A stretch of DNA of 64,000 bases from Candidatus Bathyarchaeota archaeon (GTDB taxonomy: Archaea; Thermoproteota; Bathyarchaeia; Bathyarchaeales; Bathycorpusculaceae), in assembly GCA_963775895.1 (NCBI GenBank), contig CAVZKL010000017.1:160001-224000 (forward strand). Direction: 5' to 3'. The position numbers were made by a program, and so were the translations under genes. Positions 21,408 through 30,325 of this stretch are shown piece after piece (positions within the stretch are counted from its first letter, which is position 1; each line of letters begins with the position of its first letter). The notes beneath the pieces were generated by a model. The model was given only the letters and a program-made list of their open reading frames with translations, did no database searches and was not told the origin of the DNA.

Positions 21408-22216
21408 TGAGCGCAGTGATAGACGACCTGATTGTCGAGGGGCAGTACGTACTTCTCGAATTGAGTCAGCGCAAGACCTACTTGGTCAAGGTTGAAAAGG
21501 GCAAGAGTTTTCACACGCACAAAGGGTTTGTGACGTTGGACAACTTGATTGGAAAAGCGTATGGCTCAACCATATCGAGTAGTCTGGGTTTCGAGTTTGT
21601 TGCTCTGAAACCCATGCTTCGTGATTACATTTTGAAGTGTGCGAGGCAGACGCAGATCATGTATCCCAAGGACATTGCTCTGATAGTTATGTTCAGTGGA
21701 ATTGGACCTGGGAGTCGTGTGGTTGAAGCAGGAACTGGTACGGCAGCGATGACTACGGCCTTGGCGCATTATGTTAAGCCGAGTGGCAAGGTTTACAGTT
21801 ACGAGATCAGGGAAGAATTTCGGGTAACGGCTGAGAAGAATCTTGTCAGGGCTGGGTTGATTGATTTTGTGGAATTGAAGAACAAGGACGTAACGGCAGG
21901 AATAGATGAGGAAAAAGTGGACGCTGTGATTCTTGACCTCGCTGTTCCATGGCTGGTGGTTCCACGTGCATACGATGCTCTGAAAGCCAGCGGGACGATA
22001 GTCTCGTTCAGTCCAACGATAGATCAGGTTGTGAGAACCGTTGACGCGCTCAGGGAGAATAGCTTCACTGACATCGAGACCGTTGAATGTTTGATGCGGG
22101 GTATGCAGGTGGAAATCGGAAGAACTCGTCCCCAGACACTGATGACCGGTCACTCAGGTTACATCACGAACGCGCGCAAGAAAGTCAGGACCGGTGCATC
22201 AGACGAGCCAGCGTAA
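21407..22216 (+). CDS. trmI: tRNA (adenine-58-N1)-methyltransferase
   Basis: 'TQIMYPKD', 'VVEAGTGT', 'AVILDL..PW', 'SFSPTIDQV', 'GHSGY'. Confidence 0.93.
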   Translation: MSAVIDDLIVEGQYVLLELSQRKTYLVKVEKGKSFHTHKGFVTLDNLIGKAYGSTISSSLGFEFVALKPMLRDYILKCARQTQIMYPKDIALIVMFSGIGPGSRVVEAGTGTAAMTTALAHYVKPSGKVYSYEIREEFRVTAEKNLVRAGLIDFVELKNKDVTAGIDEEKVDAVILDLAVPWLVVPRAYDALKASGTIVSFSPTIDQVVRTVDALRENSFTDIETVECLMRGMQVEIGRTRPQTLMTGHSGYITNARKKVRTGASDEPA

Positions 22217-22495
22217 CTGGGTTCTAAATGTGAGTATTTGCATAGAGGATTCTTCTAGAAGCTTGTTTCAGAAACGATAAATCATCTGGTTCTGCGTATC
22301 ATGATTCTGTAGAGAGAAATTCAGGAGTTGAAAGGAGAGGGGAGACGTGGATTGCGCATCCATTTAGGGGTGCGCGGTCCAATAAAGCCGAGGACTTTCT
22401 AGTTGCGTGCGCGTCACTCGAGTTTGGATTATTGAACTGAGAAATCGTTTGTCTCATGCGGGTTTTGAAATTCAAAATGGTCGTCAAGGTTTAGG

Positions 22496-22578
22496 TTTAT
22501 TCGCTGTTTTTTCAGCCATTGTGTACCTCCCCTCCTCGGTTTCAATGTATCATGAATATTAGGATCCAAATATGCACG
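22496..22578. repeat. Non-coding element, copy 2 (inverted copy at 4016..4099)
   Basis: Same alignment as copy 1; intergenic between trmI and the small ORF at 22948. Confidence 0.95.
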
Positions 22579-22947
22579 AGTGCTCTCGGTTTTTTCGCCC
22601 GTGAATGTGAGGGTACTTTCTGCTTGGGCTGGGTGAGTCGGCTGAGATGAGGTGCAAAATTGGCTGTCAAGTGCCGTCCGTGTAACTCTGAGCTTTCATC
22701 TTTCTCTTCAATCTAATGCCTTTTCATCATCCGGCATGAGAAAGTTATCTGCGTCAGGGATAAAAACGTTCGCAAACTCCTCTGCAAAAATCTTCTGCAC
22801 GAATCGGTGGGTCCGAGCTTGCTAGCCGTGATACCGCGTTTTCACTTCTGGGATGACGTATACTGTTCTGGAATACACATTTTTGATTCATAAATGAGTT
22901 AAGTAGCCTTAGCCTATTCTCAGCGTAAACAATGGGGGAAAAATACG

Positions 22948-23130
22948 TTGAAAAAAACGTTCACCATTAAGGAAAGAAAAGAACTGCAATCCAAAATGTC
23001 CAAGGTTTTACACGGTAACATCGATGGACTTTCGACAGAATTGCAAAGAATATTGCTAGACGACCTAGTGACAGCCTTTCAAAATAGAATGAACGTGCTA
23101 ATCCGTGCACAGGCGAAGGGTAGCTGCTAA
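22948..23130 (+). CDS. small helical hypothetical protein
   Basis: 60-aa amphipathic ORF 'LSTELQRILLDDLVTAFQNRM' with purine-rich upstream SD. Confidence 0.65.
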   Translation: MKKTFTIKERKELQSKMSKVLHGNIDGLSTELQRILLDDLVTAFQNRMNVLIRAQAKGSC

Positions 23131-23217
23131 CGAGGATCAAGGAGAAAAAACACTTACTACCGATACATAAAAGCTTTATATGGAGAGGTTTGAAATAAGG
23201 CAAAAGGTGTTTGGAAG

Positions 23218-23511
23218 ATGAGACGCTCCAAACTTGAAATGTATATCGACATACTCAAGGTATTGGCTCAACGTGGTCCACTGAAGCTAACTCACATCAT
23301 GTACAAGGCTAACGTCAACTGCAGCGTTTTGAAGGAATACTTGGACTTTTTGATTCAGCAAAACCTGGTTGAGGAACGTGCTGTAGGCAAACAACGCACA
23401 GTTTATGCTGTGACCCAAAGAGGCATAACGGTACTAAAGTACTTCAGAGAACTGAAACTAGTTCTTCCGATCGTCGAAGAAGCCAGAAACCGAGTTCCAG
23501 TACCGTTTTAA
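23218..23511 (+). CDS. Winged-helix transcription regulator (HTH_45-like)
   Basis: 'RRSKLEMYIDIL...LTHIMYKANVN...YLDFL...YAVTQRG'. Confidence 0.9.
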   Translation: MRRSKLEMYIDILKVLAQRGPLKLTHIMYKANVNCSVLKEYLDFLIQQNLVEERAVGKQRTVYAVTQRGITVLKYFRELKLVLPIVEEARNRVPVPF

Positions 23512-23762
23512 GCTGCCTCCCCAACTTTTTTAGCCAGATTCATCTTTTCATCAAACCATTCTACATCCTAGAATCAGATCTGTCTCAGAATTTCCGGCTT
23601 TGCTACGTTGTCTTGCACGGCGACGCCAAGCATGCGCGGCTGGATGGTCATCCTGTTGTGCTGGTTTATCTTGGAAATCAGTATGCGTGTTTCGTAAGAC
23701 TTAATAAATGCGCACCGCATAACGCTATTGTACACGTGTAAAACACTAAGAGGAAGACGCAT

Positions 23763-24140
23763 TTGTCCAAAGAACAGGTTCTTGGAAATAAGCCGCTATC
23801 GGTCCTAGAAAAGATACGCGAAAACCTCGAAAAGCTGAACGAAAAAGTGGAGATCATGATTGAGCTTCAGAAGCACGACCGAAAAGATGTTCAACAACCT
23901 CTCTCGGATGCACCATTAGACGTCATGACGTTGCTTTCGATGCCCGACCATCTGAGAAAGACCGCCATGACAGTTTGCCGACTAGGACGGGCGACTGCTG
24001 ACGAAACAGCGGACCAGACAAAAAGGGCAAGAGCCGTGGAAAGTGCGTACCTAAATCAACTCGTAATCATGGGACACCTTAAGAAGGAGAGAAACGGCAG
24101 AAAGGCCTACTTCTTCGTCGAGAGGGAGAACCAGAAGTGA
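23763..24140 (+). CDS. Coiled-coil plus winged-helix DNA-binding protein
   Basis: N-terminal heptads; 'ATADETA..TKRARAVESAYLNQLV.MG.L.K...GRKAYF'; stop overlaps the MinD/ParA start. Confidence 0.8.
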   Translation: MSKEQVLGNKPLSVLEKIRENLEKLNEKVEIMIELQKHDRKDVQQPLSDAPLDVMTLLSMPDHLRKTAMTVCRLGRATADETADQTKRARAVESAYLNQLVIMGHLKKERNGRKAYFFVERENQK

Positions 24141-24919
24141 TGAAAGTGGGCAAAATAATCGCTGTACACTCGTACAAGGGCGGCACGGGCAAAACACTTC
24201 TGTCAATAAACCTCGCCGCGACTTTCGCGAAACATGGAAAAAAAGTCTGCCTATTCGATCTTGACTTTCGCGCTCCAAGCCTTGCGACGCTGTTCAAGAT
24301 TGACAAAGCCGAGTTCTGGCTCAACGATTACCTAAACGGACTCTGTGAAATCAACAAGGTTCTCATAGATTTGAGCCACAGAATCGACAATGGCGGCCAA
24401 CTCGTCGTGGGCTTAGCCAACCCCTCAACCGAAGCCATCAGAGATATGTCAGCCAAGGACAGAAAATGGGAGATGCATGCTCTCGGAAGGCTACTCGCAC
24501 TCAAAACTTCATTACTCGGCGAAAACGGCTTTGACTACTTGATCTGCGACACGAGTCCGGGTCTTCAATACTCTTCCATAAACGCGATCGTAAGCGCAGA
24601 TCTAGTGCTCGTGGCGACAACGTTCGACAGATCAGACGTGGATGGAACGAGACGCATGTTAAGAGAGCTGTATGATCTGTTCGAAAAGAAAACAGAAATC
24701 GTGCTGAACAAGGTCCTCGATGGATCTGCCAAGACGGACAAAGAGGAAGCAAAAGCAAAGCTCAAAGAGGTGTATCAAGTCCCACTCTTAGGGATCATAC
24801 CGTGTTTCTGTGACGTCCTCAAAGCCGAAGGCAGCATCGTTTTCGCACAGGACAAGCCTGACCACCCATTTACACGAATCTTGAACGAAATGAGTATCAA
24901 AATAGACGGATTAGGCTGA
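24137..24919 (+). CDS. MinD/ParA family ATPase
   Basis: Deviant Walker A 'SYKGGTGKT', 'DLDFRAP', 'ICDTSPG', 'VLNK'. Confidence 0.92.
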   Translation: MMKVGKIIAVHSYKGGTGKTLLSINLAATFAKHGKKVCLFDLDFRAPSLATLFKIDKAEFWLNDYLNGLCEINKVLIDLSHRIDNGGQLVVGLANPSTEAIRDMSAKDRKWEMHALGRLLALKTSLLGENGFDYLICDTSPGLQYSSINAIVSADLVLVATTFDRSDVDGTRRMLRELYDLFEKKTEIVLNKVLDGSAKTDKEEAKAKLKEVYQVPLLGIIPCFCDVLKAEGSIVFAQDKPDHPFTRILNEMSIKIDGLG

Positions 24920-25074
24920 TCTCAAGTCTTTTCCGCATCAGATTTTTTTCTTCTATGATGCAGATAGTGCCCAAAATCAAGTCTACGCCCATTTATTCTG
25001 CGCAAGTCTACAGATCAAAACTCTTATACAACTGAAAGCTACTGTAACCATTCCTCAGGATTAATGGAGACAAT

Positions 25075-25698
25075 TTGCTATTGCAAAATTCGGCAATCGT
25101 GCTTGCTGGTGGGATCTCGAGCAGAATAGGCGAAGACAAAGGACTAGTCGAGCTTGCGAGAAAACCATTAATAAAACACGTACTTGACAGAACAGAGAAC
25201 CTAGTTGATGAAAAGATCGTCGTAGTAAAATCGAAAAACCAGGCTGAAAAATACAAATGCGTTCTGGGCTCAGACGTCAAGCTTACTGTCGACAAAGTTG
25301 GCCTGCGCAGTCCACTCGTGGGCGCAGTCGCTGGTTTTGAAAGCGCACGGGGAGTTTATTCGATTCTTCTCTCCTGTGATGCACCTTTTGTTTCGAAAGA
25401 AATTCTTCAACTCTTACTCGAATTGTGCGTAAACAAGAACGCTGCAATCCCCCGATGGCCAAACTGCTTCACAGAACCATTGCAGGCTGTTTATTGCACC
25501 AAACCCGCGCTCGAGGCTGCAAGCGATAGTCTATGTTCCGGCAACCTAAGACTTCAGGGCATGGTAGATCGGTTGAAGAACGTGCGCTACGTTTCAACGC
25601 TCGTGCTCGAGCAGCTTGATCCTAGGTTGGACACGTTCTTCAACGTGAACACAACACTCGACCTGAAGAGAGCAGAGTCCATTCTGAAAATTCACTGA
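25075..25698 (+). CDS. mobA: Molybdenum cofactor guanylyltransferase
   Basis: 'IVLAGGISSRIGEDKG', 'SCDAPF', 'EPLQAVY', 'FFNVNT..DL'. Confidence 0.9.
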   Translation: MLLQNSAIVLAGGISSRIGEDKGLVELARKPLIKHVLDRTENLVDEKIVVVKSKNQAEKYKCVLGSDVKLTVDKVGLRSPLVGAVAGFESARGVYSILLSCDAPFVSKEILQLLLELCVNKNAAIPRWPNCFTEPLQAVYCTKPALEAASDSLCSGNLRLQGMVDRLKNVRYVSTLVLEQLDPRLDTFFNVNTTLDLKRAESILKIH

Positions 25699-25778
25699 GC
25701 TACTTGCATGAACGATTCCGTTAAGAAGCATATAAACGAGAGAACGTCTCACTTCAATACCCAAGGCAAGGCGTCAAA

Positions 25779-26509
25779 TTGTCGACAAAGAACGGCGGGC
25801 AGTTATCGGATTTGAACTTTCACCCTTTGACTCCTGAGCTTTGGACGGATCTTGAAACTCTCTTTGGTCCTCGAGGAGCTTGTGGAGGCTGCTGGTGCAT
25901 GTGGTGGCGACTTCCAACATCCAAGTTCATGAAGAACAGAGGCGAGTCAAACAGAACTGCATTGAAAGAAATAGTCAATCTGGGCCGTTGTCCTGGAATC
26001 CTTGCCTATATAAGGAAGCAACCAATCGGATGGTGCGCTCTTGCTCCCAGGGAGGAATACCCGAAACTCGAGCGATCTCGCATTCTTAAAAGGGTTGATG
26101 AAAGTCGGTATGGTCCGTGGTCTGTTTTTTCGTTGACAAGAAGTTCAGGCGAAGCGGGCTCACAGTCAAATTACTGGAAGCGGCCAAGGTCTATGTCGAA
26201 AATAAAGGCGGTGCGGTCATGGAAGGCTACCCGCTGGATCTTAAGGCAAAGAAAACACCCGACGCATTTGCTTATACAGGGCTTTTGCCGACGTTTCTTA
26301 AAGCAGGTTTTGTGGAGGTGGCACGAAGGAGCCAGAACCGGCCGATAATGAGATTTCGTGTCGGAACAGATTGCGAAGAAGGCGGGTCAACAAAATCGTT
26401 TCAAAAACCGCATCTCTCAGGCCACGTACGCAAAGCTTTTATAGGGGAATCCACAAAATCAGACATTTTCGACATGCCAATGTATAAGTCACGGTGCAGC
26501 TTCAAATGA
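25779..26509 (+). CDS. GNAT family N-acetyltransferase (apparent frameshift near 26105)
   Basis: 'CGGCWCMWWR', 'PIGWC..APR'; second frame 'VCFFVDKKFRRSG', 'EGYP', 'F.KAGF.EVAR'. Confidence 0.8.
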
Positions 26510-27258
26510 ATATTGAAACAAACCTGCTAATCACACTACTAAAACTGACCAAAGACGGACCTGTTTCACAAGAAATGATAAATAAAGATGCAAGAATCCC
26601 CAAGCAGGTGAGCACCAAATTGCTTCAAACACTACAAAATAGTCATCTGGTTTATGTGCACGACAAGATCGTTGAAGTCGGCGATCTGGAACGCTTGGAA
26701 ATTGCCGTAAAGGCGATCAAGTCAGGTGCCGACCTTGAAAGGGTGAGTGATCTTCTTCAATGGAAGGAGTTCGAGGCAATGGCGGCCGTTGCCTATGAGA
26801 ACAATGGCTATGCCGTGCAAAGAAACGTGCGCTTCAAACAGGGAGGACGCAGATGGGAAATCGACGTCGTCGGATACAGAAAACCGCTAGTGGTCTGTAC
26901 AGATTGTAAACACTGGCACCACAGACTTTGCAGCTCTACGATAGATAGAATCGTGAGCGACCAAGTAACGCGTGTGCGCGCACTAATACGATCTCTACCT
27001 GATCCGAAAATAAAGATACCGACTGAATCGTTGAACACTCTGGAGTTTGTGCCTGTTGTCCTTTCTCTTATTGCCGACGAGCCGAAGTTTCACGAGAGAG
27101 TTCCTATTGTTTCGATTCTGCAGTTGCAGGACTTCTTGAATCATCTGCCTACACACATCAATTCTCTGCTTTGCATCAGGGTGGACGACCTCGGTACGTC
27201 TATCGGTCGCCAAAAGAAAATCACAGACAAGGGTTTTTCACAGTCTGAGCCATCCTAG
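26506..27258 (+). CDS. wHTH plus Mrr-like PD-(D/E)XK restriction endonuclease-fold protein
   Basis: 'LQWKEFEAM', 'WEIDVVG', 'CTDCKHW'. Confidence 0.8.
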   Translation: MNIETNLLITLLKLTKDGPVSQEMINKDARIPKQVSTKLLQTLQNSHLVYVHDKIVEVGDLERLEIAVKAIKSGADLERVSDLLQWKEFEAMAAVAYENNGYAVQRNVRFKQGGRRWEIDVVGYRKPLVVCTDCKHWHHRLCSSTIDRIVSDQVTRVRALIRSLPDPKIKIPTESLNTLEFVPVVLSLIADEPKFHERVPIVSILQLQDFLNHLPTHINSLLCIRVDDLGTSIGRQKKITDKGFSQSEPS

Positions 27259-27265
27259 ATCGAAT

Positions 27266-29135
27266 TTAGTCTCTGCCTAGAACTTCGATGAGTGGCTTAC
27301 GTGCAAACCTTAGGGCCGGATAGAGGCTTGACAGCAATGTTATCATGAGCGCGATCGCCTGCAATCCCGCAATCTGGAGAATGGTGAAATTCGTGATGAC
27401 AGGGTCGGGAATCAAAATCAAGAGAGTTACGATCGTTCCAATCGAGATTCCGATGCCATAGCTTGAAAATAGGATGAGCAGGCTCTGTTCGGAGATCATA
27501 CTAAACACATTTTTAGATTGCGCTCCCACCGCCCTCATGACGCCAAATTCGTGACGTTGTTCATCTATAGCCAATATGACGTAACATATGAGGCAAAGAG
27601 ACGCTGAAACAAGAGAGAACAACGGAATGACCATCACCGTCGACCAAGTATAACCCAAGAACCCCAGACTTCCAGTTAGGAAATCGTCAAGGTCCAAGAC
27701 GCTAAAATCCTTGGCGAAGGTTTTAACGGTGGCGTTTATCTGCTGCAGCATTTCAGATTTGTTGAATGATGGATCCATACTCAGCAAAACGAAATTTGGT
27801 CCTAGGATGCCAGTTGCAGTTCGCAAAACGTCATAATTGACGTACGTGACATTGCCGTTGTTCAATGGATCAATGCACACGCCAACGATGTCAAAATCAG
27901 AACCAAAAACCCTTAGCTTCTGAACCAGTGGCTCAGAAAGCAGTGTTCCTGAAAGTGTGTCGCCCACGACAACCTCATGACTTTGGCTGGAGCCAAGTTG
28001 CCTACCGTCTATATACCATTTCCCCAACGTTTCTTGCGGGTCAATTCCGATGATTAATGATTTACCCTCACGACTGTCTCCAACGGTCTGGATGTTTTGA
28101 CTGGTTTCCCCCAGTACGTATCCCTGCACTTCTTGCACGGTTGCTTCGGTAACTAATCGTTTTTCAACCTTCGTGACGCCGTTGAGAGACATCAACCCCG
28201 CGATTAGATCCTGAGGAACTATATACCTCGTATCCGTATAGTTGAACCCTGCAAGAGACGTGTGCGCGTAGAACTGCTTCAAAAGGAGCGAATAACGATC
28301 ACACATCTCCGTCTGTGCAACCAGAACAATGTTGGTGCCCGTCGCCTTCTCAACCCAGCTTTGCGTTGTTTGATTAGCGATGAGCCCTCCTGCTATTCCA
28401 ACTGTAACGAGCGTGAAGACTATGCTCATACAAAGAACGATCTTGACAGTTGCGGATCGCCTACGAATCACTCCTCGCAGAGCGACCGCGAATGTCATAC
28501 GTCGGCTTGAAAGAGTTCTGAATTCTGTCTTTGCCATCGTACCGAATCGATATTCAGGAGACATGGCGTTCACTGGTGTCATTCTTGACGCCCTAAAGAC
28601 GGATGTGGTTCCAACGGCTAGGCCGATTGCAAGGAACAGCACGAACACGACCACGATGGATCCCAGATTCAATTCGAAAGGGTCCCATTTGAAACCCGAG
28701 AAGGCTCAAAAAATTCGATGATGCATAGCCTGCAAGGACTCCCAAGATTATCCCGAGAAAGCAACCTAGAAAGACTATGATGAGCAATTCTGTGAGAAAG
28801 TATCCGAATACAAGGTCACATGGACAACCTACCGCTTTGATCAATCCAATGTCTCTGACTCGCTGGGACATCATCAAAGAAATCATGAAAAAGACCATGA
28901 CCACTCCTGCGCATACTATCAAGACCGTCAAGAGTAGGATGAAAGGAGAAAAGATGCGTGAAAACCCCAGAGTTAACTTGTCTTCAACAGTGAGAGAAAG
29001 GCCAGAACCAATGTTCTCGGCGAAGAGAAGCAGAAAAAGCGTTGATCCGACGGAGAGTGCCAAGCTCACGACGACCAAGGTTGTCTGCAGTTTTCTCCTG
29101 AGCAGATCGTTGACAGGAAATGATGTTTCACTCAT
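27266..29135 (-). CDS. FtsX/MacB-like ABC permease (apparent frameshift near 28675)
   Basis: Two FtsX motifs ('QRVRDIGLIKAVG', 'EQRHEFGVMRAVGA') and an extracellular MacB-like domain; split across ORFs 28593..29135 and 27266..28672. Confidence 0.85.
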
Positions 29136-29817
29136 GCCGATTCATCAGCTTGCCAGCTTCTAACCACAGACTCTGATGGGCTCTCTCGAATATTCGCTCG
29201 TCATGAGTGGCGACCACGATGGTTTTTCCATCTTTGTTTAACGAACCAAGGATCTCCACAATTCTTGCACTGATTTCTTCGTCAAGGTTGCCGGTGGGCT
29301 CGTCAACCAGAAGCAACGGAGGATCGTTTGCCAACGCTCGGGCAAATGCCACTCGCTGCTGTTCGCCTCCACTCAACTGAAATGGGAAGTGCTGAGACCT
29401 TTCCTGCAACCCCATCGATTCAAGGAGCTGTTCAACCCTATCTTTGACGTGTTCCTCGGGCTTTCGAAGCCACTCCATCGGAAACGCTATGTTTTCGGCG
29501 ACAGTCAGAGTTGAGACCAGGTTGTAAGATTGAAAGACAAAACCAATCTTGTTACATCTGAAATCTGACAGGAAATCCTCATTTCTCGAGTTCAAATCCT
29601 CTCCAAAAACCAGAATCTGGCCGCTTGTGGGTCTGTCGATGCCTCCGATTATGTTGAGAAGTGTCGTTTTTCCTGAGCCTGATGGTCCGCCAATAACCAC
29701 CAGATTGCCCATATGTACCTCGAGGTCAACATCCTTCAGGACTTCGAGTTCTGACTCTTTCGTCCCGTAGACCTTGCGCAAGGCAGACGCAGCAACAACA
29801 ATTTCATCATTGCTCAT
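29128..29817 (-). CDS. ABC transporter ATP-binding protein (LolD/MacB type)
   Basis: 'GPSGSGKTT', '[10 protein letters not shown]', 'VDEPTGNLD', 'ATHD'. Confidence 0.93.
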   Translation of the reverse strand: MSNDEIVVAASALRKVYGTKESELEVLKDVDLEVHMGNLVVIGGPSGSGKTTLLNIIGGIDRPTSGQILVFGEDLNSRNEDFLSDFRCNKIGFVFQSYNLVSTLTVAENIAFPMEWLRKPEEHVKDRVEQLLESMGLQERSQHFPFQLSGGEQQRVAFARALANDPPLLLVDEPTGNLDEEISARIVEILGSLNKDGKTIVVATHDERIFERAHQSLWLEAGKLMNRHE

Positions 29818-29821
29818 TTTT

Positions 29822-30253
29822 TCATCTTCTTTCTGTCAAGATTATGTTTCCGCGGTCTCTTTTGAGTATTCTTAGCTTATCTGGTAGCTTTGCCTTTTCA
29901 TAGTCTTTCCAAGGTACTTCTTTGAAAATCCATCTTTTGCCAAGATGAGCTGCGAGAACCGCGTGCTTGTGGTCGTTGGCCAAGGGAATCAATTCGTCGA
30001 GAAACCTGAAAAGTTTGTCAACTTGCTGCTTTGGAAAATACGCGTAGTACGTAGCGTTCTTAACTTCGAAAGCGTAGACGTCCGCATCTTTTCGAGCCAT
30101 TATGTCAGGCAGAGGGTTGAGGCTTGGATTGCTGACGGGAACACGAACGGAATGGTACCCGTTCTTCTGAAGTAGCTTGACCAATGCATTTTCGCTATAG
30201 AAGCCGCGCTTGCGCCACCGGCGAATAGCGTCTTTGTCGATCTCTCTGACCAT
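29822..30253 (-). CDS. Hjc-like Holliday junction resolvase / PD-(D/E)XK nuclease
   Basis: 'G...E..L...L...GY..VR.P.S....LPDIMA......AFEVK'. Confidence 0.8.
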   Translation of the reverse strand: MVREIDKDAIRRWRKRGFYSENALVKLLQKNGYHSVRVPVSNPSLNPLPDIMARKDADVYAFEVKNATYYAYFPKQQVDKLFRFLDELIPLANDHKHAVLAAHLGKRWIFKEVPWKDYEKAKLPDKLRILKRDRGNIILTERR

Positions 30254-30325
30254 TCGGAGTTGCCTCTGATAGAACCAGAACTATTGTTGATGGAACTTCG
30301 GATAAAAGAGTATTGAATCTCCCTA

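Noticed and set aside
4016-22578. Casposon/Polinton-like element (inverted repeats enclosing a PolB gene)
   Set aside because: No Cas1, integrase or transposase inside; the polymerase is chromosomal PolB2-type, the cargo is housekeeping (trmI, pncB), and I see no target-site duplication.
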